Assembly (NCBI GenBank): GCA_007133565.1
Contig: SLMM01000088.1
Location: 4,191-68,190, forward strand
Direction: 5' to 3'
Source: Bacteroidales bacterium
GTDB lineage: Bacteria; Bacteroidota; Bacteroidia; Bacteroidales; PUMT01
DNA: 64,000 nucleotides
Shown: positions 11,830-20,338 of the stretch, in pieces
Layout: each line of letters starts with the position of its first letter
How positions within the stretch are numbered: the first letter of the stretch is position 1
Translations under genes and position numbers: made by a program
The notes under the pieces: generated by a model
The model's input: only the letters and a program-made list of their open reading frames with translations
Told to the model about the DNA's origin: nothing
The model's database searches: none

Positions 11830-12855
11830 ATGGCAGACGGACTCTTTCAGGTATATCATCACAACGAACCATTCCTCCTTGAATCGGGAGAAATCCTGCC
11901 TTCTGTCGATATAGCCTATCATACCTACGGCAGGCATGATAAAACCGTGAACAACGTAATCTGGGTGTGTCATGCCTTTACGGCCAACTCTGATGTAGCG
12001 GACTGGTGGAAGGGCCTGGTTGGAGAAGGAAGGTTTTACAACCCCTCTGACTATTTTATAGTCTGCGCTAACAAGATCGGTTCATGTTACGGATCTACCG
12101 GGCCCCTGTCAACCAACCCGCGCACCGGCCATCCCTGGTTCCATTCATTTCCCGAAATATCAATAAGAGATATGGTAAATGCCCATGAGCTACTCAGAAA
12201 TCACCTTGGCATTGAGAAGATCCATACTGTTCTTGGAGGTTCAACCGGGGGTCACCAGGCACTGGAATGGGCCATAATGGATCCCGGGTTGCACGATCAC
12301 CTGGTCTGCATAGCAAATCATGCCAGATCATCTCCGTGGAGCATAGCCTTCAGCCAATCCCAGAGACTGGCAATCATGGCCGACCAGACCTGGGAGGATA
12401 GCCGCCCTGACGCGGGGGAGCGGGGACTGGCAGCAGCACGTTCCATTGCACTGCTAAGCTACAGGAACTACAGGACTTACCTCGAAACACAATCCGATGC
12501 CGACAACAACAAGAAAAAGGGTTTCAGGGCTATGAGCTACCAGAATTACCAGGGAGAAAAACTGGTAATGAGATTTAACGCATACTCCTATATGAGGCTC
12601 CTGGACGCACTGGACTCTCATAATATCGGAAGGAATCGTGACACCATTGAAAATGTTCTGTCATCAATCAGGGCGAAAACGCTGGTAATAGGTATTTCGA
12701 GCGACCTGCTTTTCCCGGTTGAAGAACAGCTATTTATTACTGAAAGGATACCCGGGGCAACTTTTTCACGCATAGAATCCCTCTTCGGCCATGATGGGTT
12801 CCTGATTGAGACTGACAGCATAGCCTCGGCCATAGAAAGATTTTACGAGAGATAG
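11830..12855 (+). CDS. metX: Homoserine O-acetyltransferase
   Basis: Alpha/beta-hydrolase with a GGSTGGHQALEWA nucleophile elbow and a MetX-like N-terminus (FLLESGEILPSVDIAYHTYG) and C-terminus (SLFGHDGFL). I chose the ATG at 11830; the 41 upstream codons look non-coding. Confidence 0.85.
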   Translation: MADGLFQVYHHNEPFLLESGEILPSVDIAYHTYGRHDKTVNNVIWVCHAFTANSDVADWWKGLVGEGRFYNPSDYFIVCANKIGSCYGSTGPLSTNPRTGHPWFHSFPEISIRDMVNAHELLRNHLGIEKIHTVLGGSTGGHQALEWAIMDPGLHDHLVCIANHARSSPWSIAFSQSQRLAIMADQTWEDSRPDAGERGLAAARSIALLSYRNYRTYLETQSDADNNKKKGFRAMSYQNYQGEKLVMRFNAYSYMRLLDALDSHNIGRNRDTIENVLSSIRAKTLVIGISSDLLFPVEEQLFITERIPGATFSRIESLFGHDGFLIETDSIASAIERFYER

Positions 12856-12858
12856 AAG

Positions 12859-13617
12859 ATGGCACCTGTATACCGCATAACTACAGCCCTGCTGCTGTTT
12901 TTTCCGGCATCCTTCATAAGCGGGGCGCAGATAGCGCGGGTGATGTACGACAGGGAAATAACCTTTTCAGGATATGAATGGCAGATAAAAAGCAGTATTT
13001 CGCGAACCGGTCCCGGGCCCAATTTTTTCTCTCAATCAGAACAGAATGTAACAGTCGATCAAGAAGGCAGGCTGCATCTCAGGATAACCAGGGAGGATGG
13101 CAGGTGGCTCTGTGCCGAAGTGGTAAGTCGGAATAATTTCGGCTATGGCAGGTATGAGTTCATCCTCGGAACCAATCCGGCGACACTCAACGAGAACATT
13201 GTACTCGGGCTCTTTACCTGGAACCCCGCCCTCAGGCCGCATCACAACGAGATCGACATCGAGTTTTCCAGCTGGGGTGGCAGCCAGCATGAAAATGGCC
13301 AGTACGTTATACATACATGCACTGACAAGGTAGAAAAGAAAAAGTTTACAATGCCCTCCCGGCCCCGCTACACCACACATGTGATCATATGGAAGCCGGG
13401 CAGGCTTGTTTTTGAAAGCTACAGGGGGCGAAGAACCTGGTCGTGGCGAAAGATTGCCTCATGGACCATCACCGGAAGCCAGGTTCCGGTGCCCGTTGCC
13501 GAACAGTTGCGGATGAACCTCTGGCTCACCGGTGTCTCGCCCGGATCAGAGAATCTGCCAGGTGAAACCGTGATCAGGATCGACAGTGTTTCTTATGAAA
13601 AATCAGATATAGAATAA
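12859..13617 (+). CDS. Exported GH16-like (concanavalin-A-like glucanase fold) protein
   Basis: 252-aa ORF with a signal peptide (ALLLFFPASFISGAQ). HNEIDIEFSSWGG contains the GH16 E-x-D-x-E catalytic pattern. It starts 3 nt after the metX stop. Confidence 0.6.
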   Translation: MAPVYRITTALLLFFPASFISGAQIARVMYDREITFSGYEWQIKSSISRTGPGPNFFSQSEQNVTVDQEGRLHLRITREDGRWLCAEVVSRNNFGYGRYEFILGTNPATLNENIVLGLFTWNPALRPHHNEIDIEFSSWGGSQHENGQYVIHTCTDKVEKKKFTMPSRPRYTTHVIIWKPGRLVFESYRGRRTWSWRKIASWTITGSQVPVPVAEQLRMNLWLTGVSPGSENLPGETVIRIDSVSYEKSDIE

Positions 13618-13630
13618 TTACAGCAGAATT

Positions 13631-14473
13631 ATGGACTACCGGGTTGATATGGTTATAACCGATCTGGACGGGACTCTGTTTAATGATAATAAACAGATCA
13701 GCGGCAGGGATATAAAAACCCTTGTATGGCTTGGAAGCCAGAGCATAATCAGGGTGATAGCTACAGGCAGGAACCTCTTCAGTGCAAGAAAAGCCCTGCA
13801 TCCGGAGACACCGGTCGACTTCCTGATTTTCTCAACGGGAGCTGGTGCAATTGAATGGAAAACCGGCAAACTGATTTATGCTGAACACCTTCGCGAGACA
13901 GAAGTGGCCCTTGCAATAGAAACACTGAAAGAAGCCGGGATAAGCTTCATGGTGCACGACCTGGTACCTGATAATCATGCCTTTCTTTATCACGACGCTG
14001 ATTGCGGAAACAATGATTTTCAAAGAAGACTGGACCTTTACCACGATTTTGCCGCACCACTTGAATTGGATCCTCCTAATTATACTCATGCCAGTCAGTT
14101 GCTTGCAATTGTGCCCGAAAACCTGGCGTTGCTTGAAGAGATAAGAGGTAAACTGGCTTCCATGAGAGTTATCCGGACCACCTCCCCACTGGACGGGCAA
14201 ACAATGTGGCTGGAGGTTTTTCCGGCCGAAGTCTCCAAGGGACACACAACTGAATGGCTTTGCCGTAAAACCGGCACTGACGCCAACCGCACCCTTGGCC
14301 TGGGAAACGATTACAATGATATTGACCTTCTTAATTTCGTAAAATTTCCCTATGCCATGGAAAATGCCCCTGACCCCATAAAAAAATTATACCCGCACTG
14401 TATGTCAAACAATGACAGCGGCTTTTCCGATGCGGTACGCCAGGTAACCGGTATATCGCCCGGCAATGAATAA
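13631..14473 (+). CDS. HAD-IIB (Cof-type) phosphatase
   Basis: DxD motif in VITDLDGTLF, ATGR in motif II, and the C-terminal GNDYNDIDLL motif. Confidence 0.8.
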   Translation: MDYRVDMVITDLDGTLFNDNKQISGRDIKTLVWLGSQSIIRVIATGRNLFSARKALHPETPVDFLIFSTGAGAIEWKTGKLIYAEHLRETEVALAIETLKEAGISFMVHDLVPDNHAFLYHDADCGNNDFQRRLDLYHDFAAPLELDPPNYTHASQLLAIVPENLALLEEIRGKLASMRVIRTTSPLDGQTMWLEVFPAEVSKGHTTEWLCRKTGTDANRTLGLGNDYNDIDLLNFVKFPYAMENAPDPIKKLYPHCMSNNDSGFSDAVRQVTGISPGNE

Positions 14474-14634
14474 CAACGGCCAGGAAAGGCAATGAATAAT
14501 TATCCATTTCGTTATATTATGAGTTTATTATGCTGAAAAACATAAGTTTTTGGAAAAGTCAAACTATTTACAGAACTTTGCAAAACCGGTTTTTAAACGC
14601 ACATTAAGCATAAGCATCTAAATACCTTGACGTT

Positions 14635-15273
14635 ATGCCCTATTTATGGAATGCGGTAATACTTTTGACAGCCTATTTACTGGGATCAATCCCCAATGCG
14701 GTCTGGATAGGGAGGGTGTTTTTCAATACAGACGTCCGGAACCACGGCAGCAATAATGCCGGGAGTACAAACACACTTCGGGTGCTTGGATACAAAGCCG
14801 GAATACCCGTGCTGCTTCTGGATATTCTAAAAGGCTTCCTGGCTGTGAAAATGATATACCTGACCTTCTATTACATCCCGGAAACCGGCGAATATATCAA
14901 TTTTCAGCTGTTACTGGGGCTTGCGGTAATCCTGGGGCATATTTTTCCCGTATTTGCAAACTTCAGGGGCGGAAAGGGTGTTGCAACCCTCATAGGTGTG
15001 ATCCTTGCAATTGACCCGATCTCCATGCTCATTTGCATCGGGGTATTCATGGTTACGCTTATCATTACCAAATACGTATCGCTCAGTTCAATGATTGCGG
15101 GATTGTCATTTCCGGTGCTGATGGTTGTTGTGTTCAACACCACTACGTCATCCCTGGTGATATTTTCTATGATCGTATTCGTGCTGCTGCTGTTCACACA
15201 CCAGAAGAACATTGAAAGACTTGTAAGAAACCAGGAGTCAAAGGCTCATTTTCTTTTCAGAAAACGGGAATAG
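14635..15273 (+). CDS. plsY: Glycerol-3-phosphate acyltransferase PlsY
   Basis: Polytopic membrane protein with the PlsY motifs GSNNAGSTN and FRGGKGVAT. Confidence 0.9.
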   Translation: MPYLWNAVILLTAYLLGSIPNAVWIGRVFFNTDVRNHGSNNAGSTNTLRVLGYKAGIPVLLLDILKGFLAVKMIYLTFYYIPETGEYINFQLLLGLAVILGHIFPVFANFRGGKGVATLIGVILAIDPISMLICIGVFMVTLIITKYVSLSSMIAGLSFPVLMVVVFNTTTSSLVIFSMIVFVLLLFTHQKNIERLVRNQESKAHFLFRKRE

Positions 15274-15275
15274 CA

Positions 15276-16082
15276 TCAGGTAAATTCGCTTACAACCGGG
15301 TCATCAATAAACTCCTGTTTCAGGTAATCAGCAAGCTCCCTCAGTTCCATACCGGGAATCAGCTGGCCCTCGTCAGCAAGTGATATTTTGCCTGTTTCCT
15401 CAGAAATTACCACAACTGCAGCATCGGTATGTTCCGACATTCCAAGAGCCGCCCTGTGCCTCATTCCGAATTCGGGTGGAAGATTGATATTTTCGGAAAC
15501 AGGAAGCACACAACGTGCAGCACGTATCTTATCTCCTACGATTATCACCGCACCGTCATGAAGGGGACTCTCCCTGCAAAATATGCTCTCCAGAAGCCGG
15601 CTGGAAGTTAAGGCATCCAGAATATCGCCGTTCTGGGTATAGGTTTCCAGTTCCGATTTCCTAGCAATAACAACAAGCGCGCCCGTTTTGGATGCTGAAA
15701 GTTTCTTGAAAGTCTTTACAAGCGAGTTGATCCTGACCCTGGGCCTGCTGCCGCTTACTGAAGTGAACAGTTTCTCGATCGAGAATGCCCTGTTTGAAAC
15801 ATACCTTGTACCCAAAAGGATAAGAAACCGCCTTATCTCCTGCTGAAAAACGATGATCAGGGCAATAACCCCCACTCCGATGAACTGACCGAGGATCGAC
15901 CCAAGCAACTGCATATTAAGGGCCCTGACCAGTAACCAGAAAAGGTATACGGCAAAGATCCCTATAAAGATATTAATGGCGATCGTCCCCTTTATAAGGC
16001 GGTATACCTGGTAAAACAAAAATGCAGTCAGAAGGATGTCGAACACATCAAGTATCCTGATGCTTATAAAAAGAGCAGTCAT
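15276..16082 (-). CDS. cdaA: Diadenylate cyclase (c-di-AMP synthase), membrane-anchored
   Basis: Three N-terminal TM helices followed by a DAC domain with TGALVVI, LHDGAVII and RHRAALG motifs. It lies directly downstream of folP. Confidence 0.9.
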   Translation of the reverse strand: MTALFISIRILDVFDILLTAFLFYQVYRLIKGTIAINIFIGIFAVYLFWLLVRALNMQLLGSILGQFIGVGVIALIIVFQQEIRRFLILLGTRYVSNRAFSIEKLFTSVSGSRPRVRINSLVKTFKKLSASKTGALVVIARKSELETYTQNGDILDALTSSRLLESIFCRESPLHDGAVIIVGDKIRAARCVLPVSENINLPPEFGMRHRAALGMSEHTDAAVVVISEETGKISLADEGQLIPGMELRELADYLKQEFIDDPVVSEFT

Positions 16083-16133
16083 GTGGATCAGATAAAAATA
16101 TTACTACCTTTTTCAAAATACAAAATTCCTGTT

Positions 16134-16997
16134 TCAGTCCCCGACAGATACACGGTTAAGCCTGATTACCATTTCTATAGCGTCCTTAGCCTCCTTAACG
16201 TCATGAACCCTAAGTATACTCGCCCCCTTCATAACAGCTACCGTATTGAGTGCAATAGTGCCGGCAAGGGCGCCTTCGGGTTCGCATCCCAGAGATTTGT
16301 ATATCATTGATTTGCGGGAAAAGCCAACCATAAGCGGCAGATCAAGCATAAGAAATTCGTTTAACCTGGCTGCAATTTCATAATTGTGCTCAATTGTCTT
16401 TCCAAAACCAATTCCCGGGTCAATTATTATATCCCCGACACCCGCACTTCGCAAAAATTTGACCCTCCTGGTAAAAAACAGTATAATATCGTTTACAACA
16501 TCATCATAAACAGGATTGTCCTGCATTGTTCCCGGAGTACCCGACATGTGCATGGCTATATACGGTACATTCAGTTTCCCTGCGATTTCAGCCATCTTCT
16601 TATCGAGCATCCCGGCTGAAACATCATTTATCATGTCAGCACCGTAATCACGTACCATTATTTCTGCAACTTCTGCCCTCCATGTATCAACCGACAAGGC
16701 TATGTCAGGAAATTCCTTCCTTATTGCTCCCAAAGCCAGTGATAGCCGCCTGATCTCTTCTCTTACTGCCACTTCAGGTGCACCCGGCCTGGTTGATACT
16801 GCTCCAACATCAATTATGGCAGCTCCTTCGCTTATCATGTCTTTTGTGCGCGCGACAACCGCAGCCTCGTCAATGTATCTTCCCCCGTCAAAAAACGAGT
16901 CGGGTGTATAATTCAGAATACCCATCACAACGGGAACGGACAGGTCCATCAGCCGTCCCTTTACGCAGATACTCCTTTTACCCTCATACAGTTCCAT
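16134..16997 (-). CDS. folP: Dihydropteroate synthase
   Basis: VMGILNYTPDSFFDGG, DVGAVSTRPG and GFSRKS motifs. I chose the ATG at 16997 (MELYEG...) rather than the longer ORF start at 17030. Confidence 0.9.
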   Translation of the reverse strand: MELYEGKRSICVKGRLMDLSVPVVMGILNYTPDSFFDGGRYIDEAAVVARTKDMISEGAAIIDVGAVSTRPGAPEVAVREEIRRLSLALGAIRKEFPDIALSVDTWRAEVAEIMVRDYGADMINDVSAGMLDKKMAEIAGKLNVPYIAMHMSGTPGTMQDNPVYDDVVNDIILFFTRRVKFLRSAGVGDIIIDPGIGFGKTIEHNYEIAARLNEFLMLDLPLMVGFSRKSMIYKSLGCEPEGALAGTIALNTVAVMKGASILRVHDVKEAKDAIEMVIRLNRVSVGD

Positions 16998-17233
16998 GGT
17001 GAGAAAGGTTTGCAGGGTAAACCTACACATTTTTTAACAAATAACCTGTTGGCTGTTTGTAATATTAAAACTATTATCATGGGGCATTCACTTTTTTTTT
17101 CCAATTTTGCACCTGTACCCGGCCGTTATGTTTTAATTCATCATGCAGGTTACTGGTCCGGCCCCGCCGGATAGCACTTACCTGGAGTTTTTCTGCAGGA
17201 CCGGGCTGTTATTTTAATTTAACAAAGTAAGAT

Positions 17234-17923
17234 ATGGCATTTCTCGTGATAGAGGGTCTTGACGGTTCGGGCAAATCGACCCAGGTCAAGCTGCTGCGCA
17301 AATACCTGGAAGACAAAGGCAGGAAACACAGGTACATCCACTTCCCCCGAACTGAAAGCGGGGTGTTCGGAGAACTGATCTCAATGTTTCTCAGGGGTGA
17401 CCTGGGCAAGATAGATGCAGTAAATCCCTATCTTGTTGCCCTTCTTTACGCGGCTGACAGGAATGATGCAAAAGCAGCCATGCTCGAATGGCTTTCGGAG
17501 GGTGACCTTCTGGTAGCCGACAGATACGTGGTGTCAAACATTGCCTTCCAGTGCGCCAAGATGGAAAGCGTTGAAGAAAAAAAACAGCTGGCCAGCTGGA
17601 TCCATCACCTTGAGTACACTCATTTCGGGATACCCCGGCCTGATCTGAATATTTTCCTTGACGTTCCGTTTGGGTTTACACGGGATAAACTCAGCAGGAA
17701 CAGGTCCGGTATTGAGCGAGGTTACCTTAAGGGAAAAAGCGACATCCATGAATCCGACCTGGAATTCCAGAACAGGGTAAGGCAGGTATATACCGAGCAG
17801 GCACAAAGCGATCAGTCAGTCAGGTTGGTTAAATGTTATGACGACAAAATGGAGATGCTCCGGCCTGGCAGGATATTTGAAAAAGTCATGGAACTGCTGA
17901 AAAGCGAAAACATTCTTTGCTGA
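17234..17923 (+). CDS. tmk: dTMP (thymidylate) kinase
   Basis: P-loop IEGLDGSGKSTQ and a DRY-type motif (ADRYVVSNIAFQ). Confidence 0.85.
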   Translation: MAFLVIEGLDGSGKSTQVKLLRKYLEDKGRKHRYIHFPRTESGVFGELISMFLRGDLGKIDAVNPYLVALLYAADRNDAKAAMLEWLSEGDLLVADRYVVSNIAFQCAKMESVEEKKQLASWIHHLEYTHFGIPRPDLNIFLDVPFGFTRDKLSRNRSGIERGYLKGKSDIHESDLEFQNRVRQVYTEQAQSDQSVRLVKCYDDKMEMLRPGRIFEKVMELLKSENILC

Positions 17924-17998
17924 TTGGTATTGATATACGTATATCATATTTTTACATCCTGTTTTTGAATAAGTATCAACTGTAATTATCTGTAATTT

Positions 17999-19297
17999 AT
18001 GGCTGCCAGAAAATTTTCACCTTGGATATTGCATTTCTCAAGGCTTCTTGCCGGGTTTGTTTTTATCTATTCAGGATTTGTAAAAGGAATTGACCCGCTG
18101 GGATCTGCCTACAAATTCACTGACTATTTTGTCGCATTCAACCTGGAGTTCCTGGAACCCCTTACATTAGCCTTGTCCGTGGCTCTTTCCGCTGCAGAAA
18201 TGCTTATCGGGGTTGCCCTGGTAGCCGGAGTCCTTATGCAGGTTGCATCCTGGGCACTGCTTCTCTTCATGGGGTTCTTCACCCTGCTTACTTTTTTTAT
18301 AGCACTTACCGATCCCGTGGCAGATTGCGGATGTTTCGGCGATGCTATAATCCTTACCAACTGGGAGACATTCTGGAAAAACATGGTCCTGATGGTGTTC
18401 GTCATTTACATTTTCATCAGGAGAAAAAACTTTCCTCCATTTTTCACAAAGCCTTCAGCAGAATGGATGGCCATTGCAGGATTCCTTGCCGGAATACTGC
18501 TGATTTCAGCGTGGTCATACACGAACCTACCGGTTATCGATTACAGGCCCTTCCACATAGGCGCAGATATAGAAGAGAATATGAGCATACCACCTGATGC
18601 ACCTGCAGATGAGTTTGAGATAACACTCTATTACAGGAAAAACGGTGAAGTGAGGGCATTCCCTGTAGATGAACTGCCAGGCCCCGAATGGGAATGGGTA
18701 AGGACGGAAAGCACGCTGATCAGCAAGGGATATGAGCCTCCCATAACCAGTTTCTTTATCGAGTCTGTTGAGGACGGAACTGACTACACCTGGGATATCC
18801 TTTATGATCCCGGATATACATTTATCCTCGTTAGCTACAACCTGGACCGCAGTAATAAAAAGAACACAGAATCCATTAAACGGCTGGCGCAGTGGTCAGC
18901 CTCAAATAATGCTGGTTTTATAGGGCTTACCGCAAGCCCTCTGTTTCAAATAGAAGAGTATACTGAAAGAACCGGGGCGACATGGGATTTTTACCACGGC
19001 GATGAAATAACCCTTAAGACCATTATACGGAGTAACCCGGGACTTATCCTTCTGAAGGAGGGTACCGTAATTGGTAAATGGCATCACCGGAACATTCCCG
19101 ATACTGTCGGTTTAAAGGAAAACCTGCTTTCATATTCGATCGGAACACAACAAAAGTCAAACAATAATGCGGTAAGCCTGGGATATCTGCTTACGTTCAT
19201 GCTGATCCTTGCATTACTCCGCATCATCAGGCCTGCCGTAAACAGAAGGCAAGCTAAACCGGGGCCGCCGGGTAAAGAAAATATTAATCAGCCTTAA
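17999..19297 (+). CDS. DoxX/MauE-type membrane domain fused to a thioredoxin-like domain lacking CxxC
   Basis: The N-terminal four TM helices carry a CGCFG motif (DPVADCGCFGDAI). The C-terminal ~200 aa have a TlpA-like layout but no CxxC (FILVSYNLDRSN). The gene lies directly upstream of tpiA. Confidence 0.6.
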   Translation: MAARKFSPWILHFSRLLAGFVFIYSGFVKGIDPLGSAYKFTDYFVAFNLEFLEPLTLALSVALSAAEMLIGVALVAGVLMQVASWALLLFMGFFTLLTFFIALTDPVADCGCFGDAIILTNWETFWKNMVLMVFVIYIFIRRKNFPPFFTKPSAEWMAIAGFLAGILLISAWSYTNLPVIDYRPFHIGADIEENMSIPPDAPADEFEITLYYRKNGEVRAFPVDELPGPEWEWVRTESTLISKGYEPPITSFFIESVEDGTDYTWDILYDPGYTFILVSYNLDRSNKKNTESIKRLAQWSASNNAGFIGLTASPLFQIEEYTERTGATWDFYHGDEITLKTIIRSNPGLILLKEGTVIGKWHHRNIPDTVGLKENLLSYSIGTQQKSNNNAVSLGYLLTFMLILALLRIIRPAVNRRQAKPGPPGKENINQP

Positions 19298-19363
19298 CAA
19301 AAAAGATGTATTTTAGCGGTCAGTTTACTTATAAAACAATAAAAACAGAAAATAAAAACTATT

Positions 19364-20119
19364 ATGAGAAAGAAAATTGTTGCAGGAAACTGGAAGATGA
19401 ACACAACCCTGAATGAAGGTGCTGATCTCGCCAAAAGTTTAGTAAATGACGCCGAAAAAGGATTGCCTGAAGGAGTATCGCTTATAGTTGCCCCTCCCCT
19501 GACCCATCTTATGTCTGTGAGAGAATTGCTGCCACCGGGTATCGGACTGGCTGCCCAGAACTGTGCATCTGAAGCTTCCGGTGCATTTACCGGTGAAGTA
19601 TCAGCTGCCATGATCGCAACGGCGGGAGCGGAATATGTAATAATAGGCCATTCCGAAAGAAGGTCTGTTTTCAAAGAAACTGATGCAGAACTGAACAGGA
19701 AGGTAAAACTGGCCCTTGATAACAAACTGAGCCCCATTTTCTGCTGTGGCGAAAATCTTGAAGAGCGTGAAAAAAACATCCATACAGAGGTAGTGAAGAA
19801 CCAATTGGAAAAAGGGTTGCAGGGTGTCTCAAAGGAAGATTTTCGCAATATAATCATTGCCTATGAGCCGGTATGGGCAATAGGAACGGGCAAAACAGCA
19901 TCTCCCGGGCAGGCGCAGGAGATGCACAGCTTTATAAGAGACCTTCTGGTAGAATTGTATGATGCAGAGATTGCCATGGAAACAGTTATCCTCTACGGGG
20001 GAAGCTGTAAACCGTCAAATGCATCAGAAATATTCTCAATGAAAGATGTTGACGGGGGTCTTATCGGTGGGGCATCACTCAATGCAAGCGACTTCCTGGC
20101 AATAGCCCGTTCCTTTTGA
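19364..20119 (+). CDS. tpiA: Triosephosphate isomerase
   Basis: [27 protein letters not shown] and GGASL motifs. Confidence 0.95.
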   Translation: MRKKIVAGNWKMNTTLNEGADLAKSLVNDAEKGLPEGVSLIVAPPLTHLMSVRELLPPGIGLAAQNCASEASGAFTGEVSAAMIATAGAEYVIIGHSERRSVFKETDAELNRKVKLALDNKLSPIFCCGENLEEREKNIHTEVVKNQLEKGLQGVSKEDFRNIIIAYEPVWAIGTGKTASPGQAQEMHSFIRDLLVELYDAEIAMETVILYGGSCKPSNASEIFSMKDVDGGLIGGASLNASDFLAIARSF

Positions 20120-20140
20120 AACATTTTTGTACGGGCATGG

Positions 20141-20172
20141 TATAACTCCACACAGGTAGTGCTGGAGTTATA
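20141..20172 (+). terminator. Hairpin downstream of tpiA (candidate terminator)
   Basis: Perfect 10-bp inverted repeat tataactcca/tggagttata with a 12-nt loop, 22 nt after the tpiA stop. No clear T-tract follows. Confidence 0.4.
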
Positions 20173-20338
20173 AGTAAATCTTTGCTGATAGAGCACACAG
20201 CCTGCTGCCATGAAGCACTGCAACCTGGCTGGATGCCGATGGTCAGCGGCATAATCAAAAATGATTTCGGCGATGTACCAGATGAAGCTACCATGTCAGG
20301 TCCCGGACTTATTTTAATAACCATATTAGTTCCTGCCT

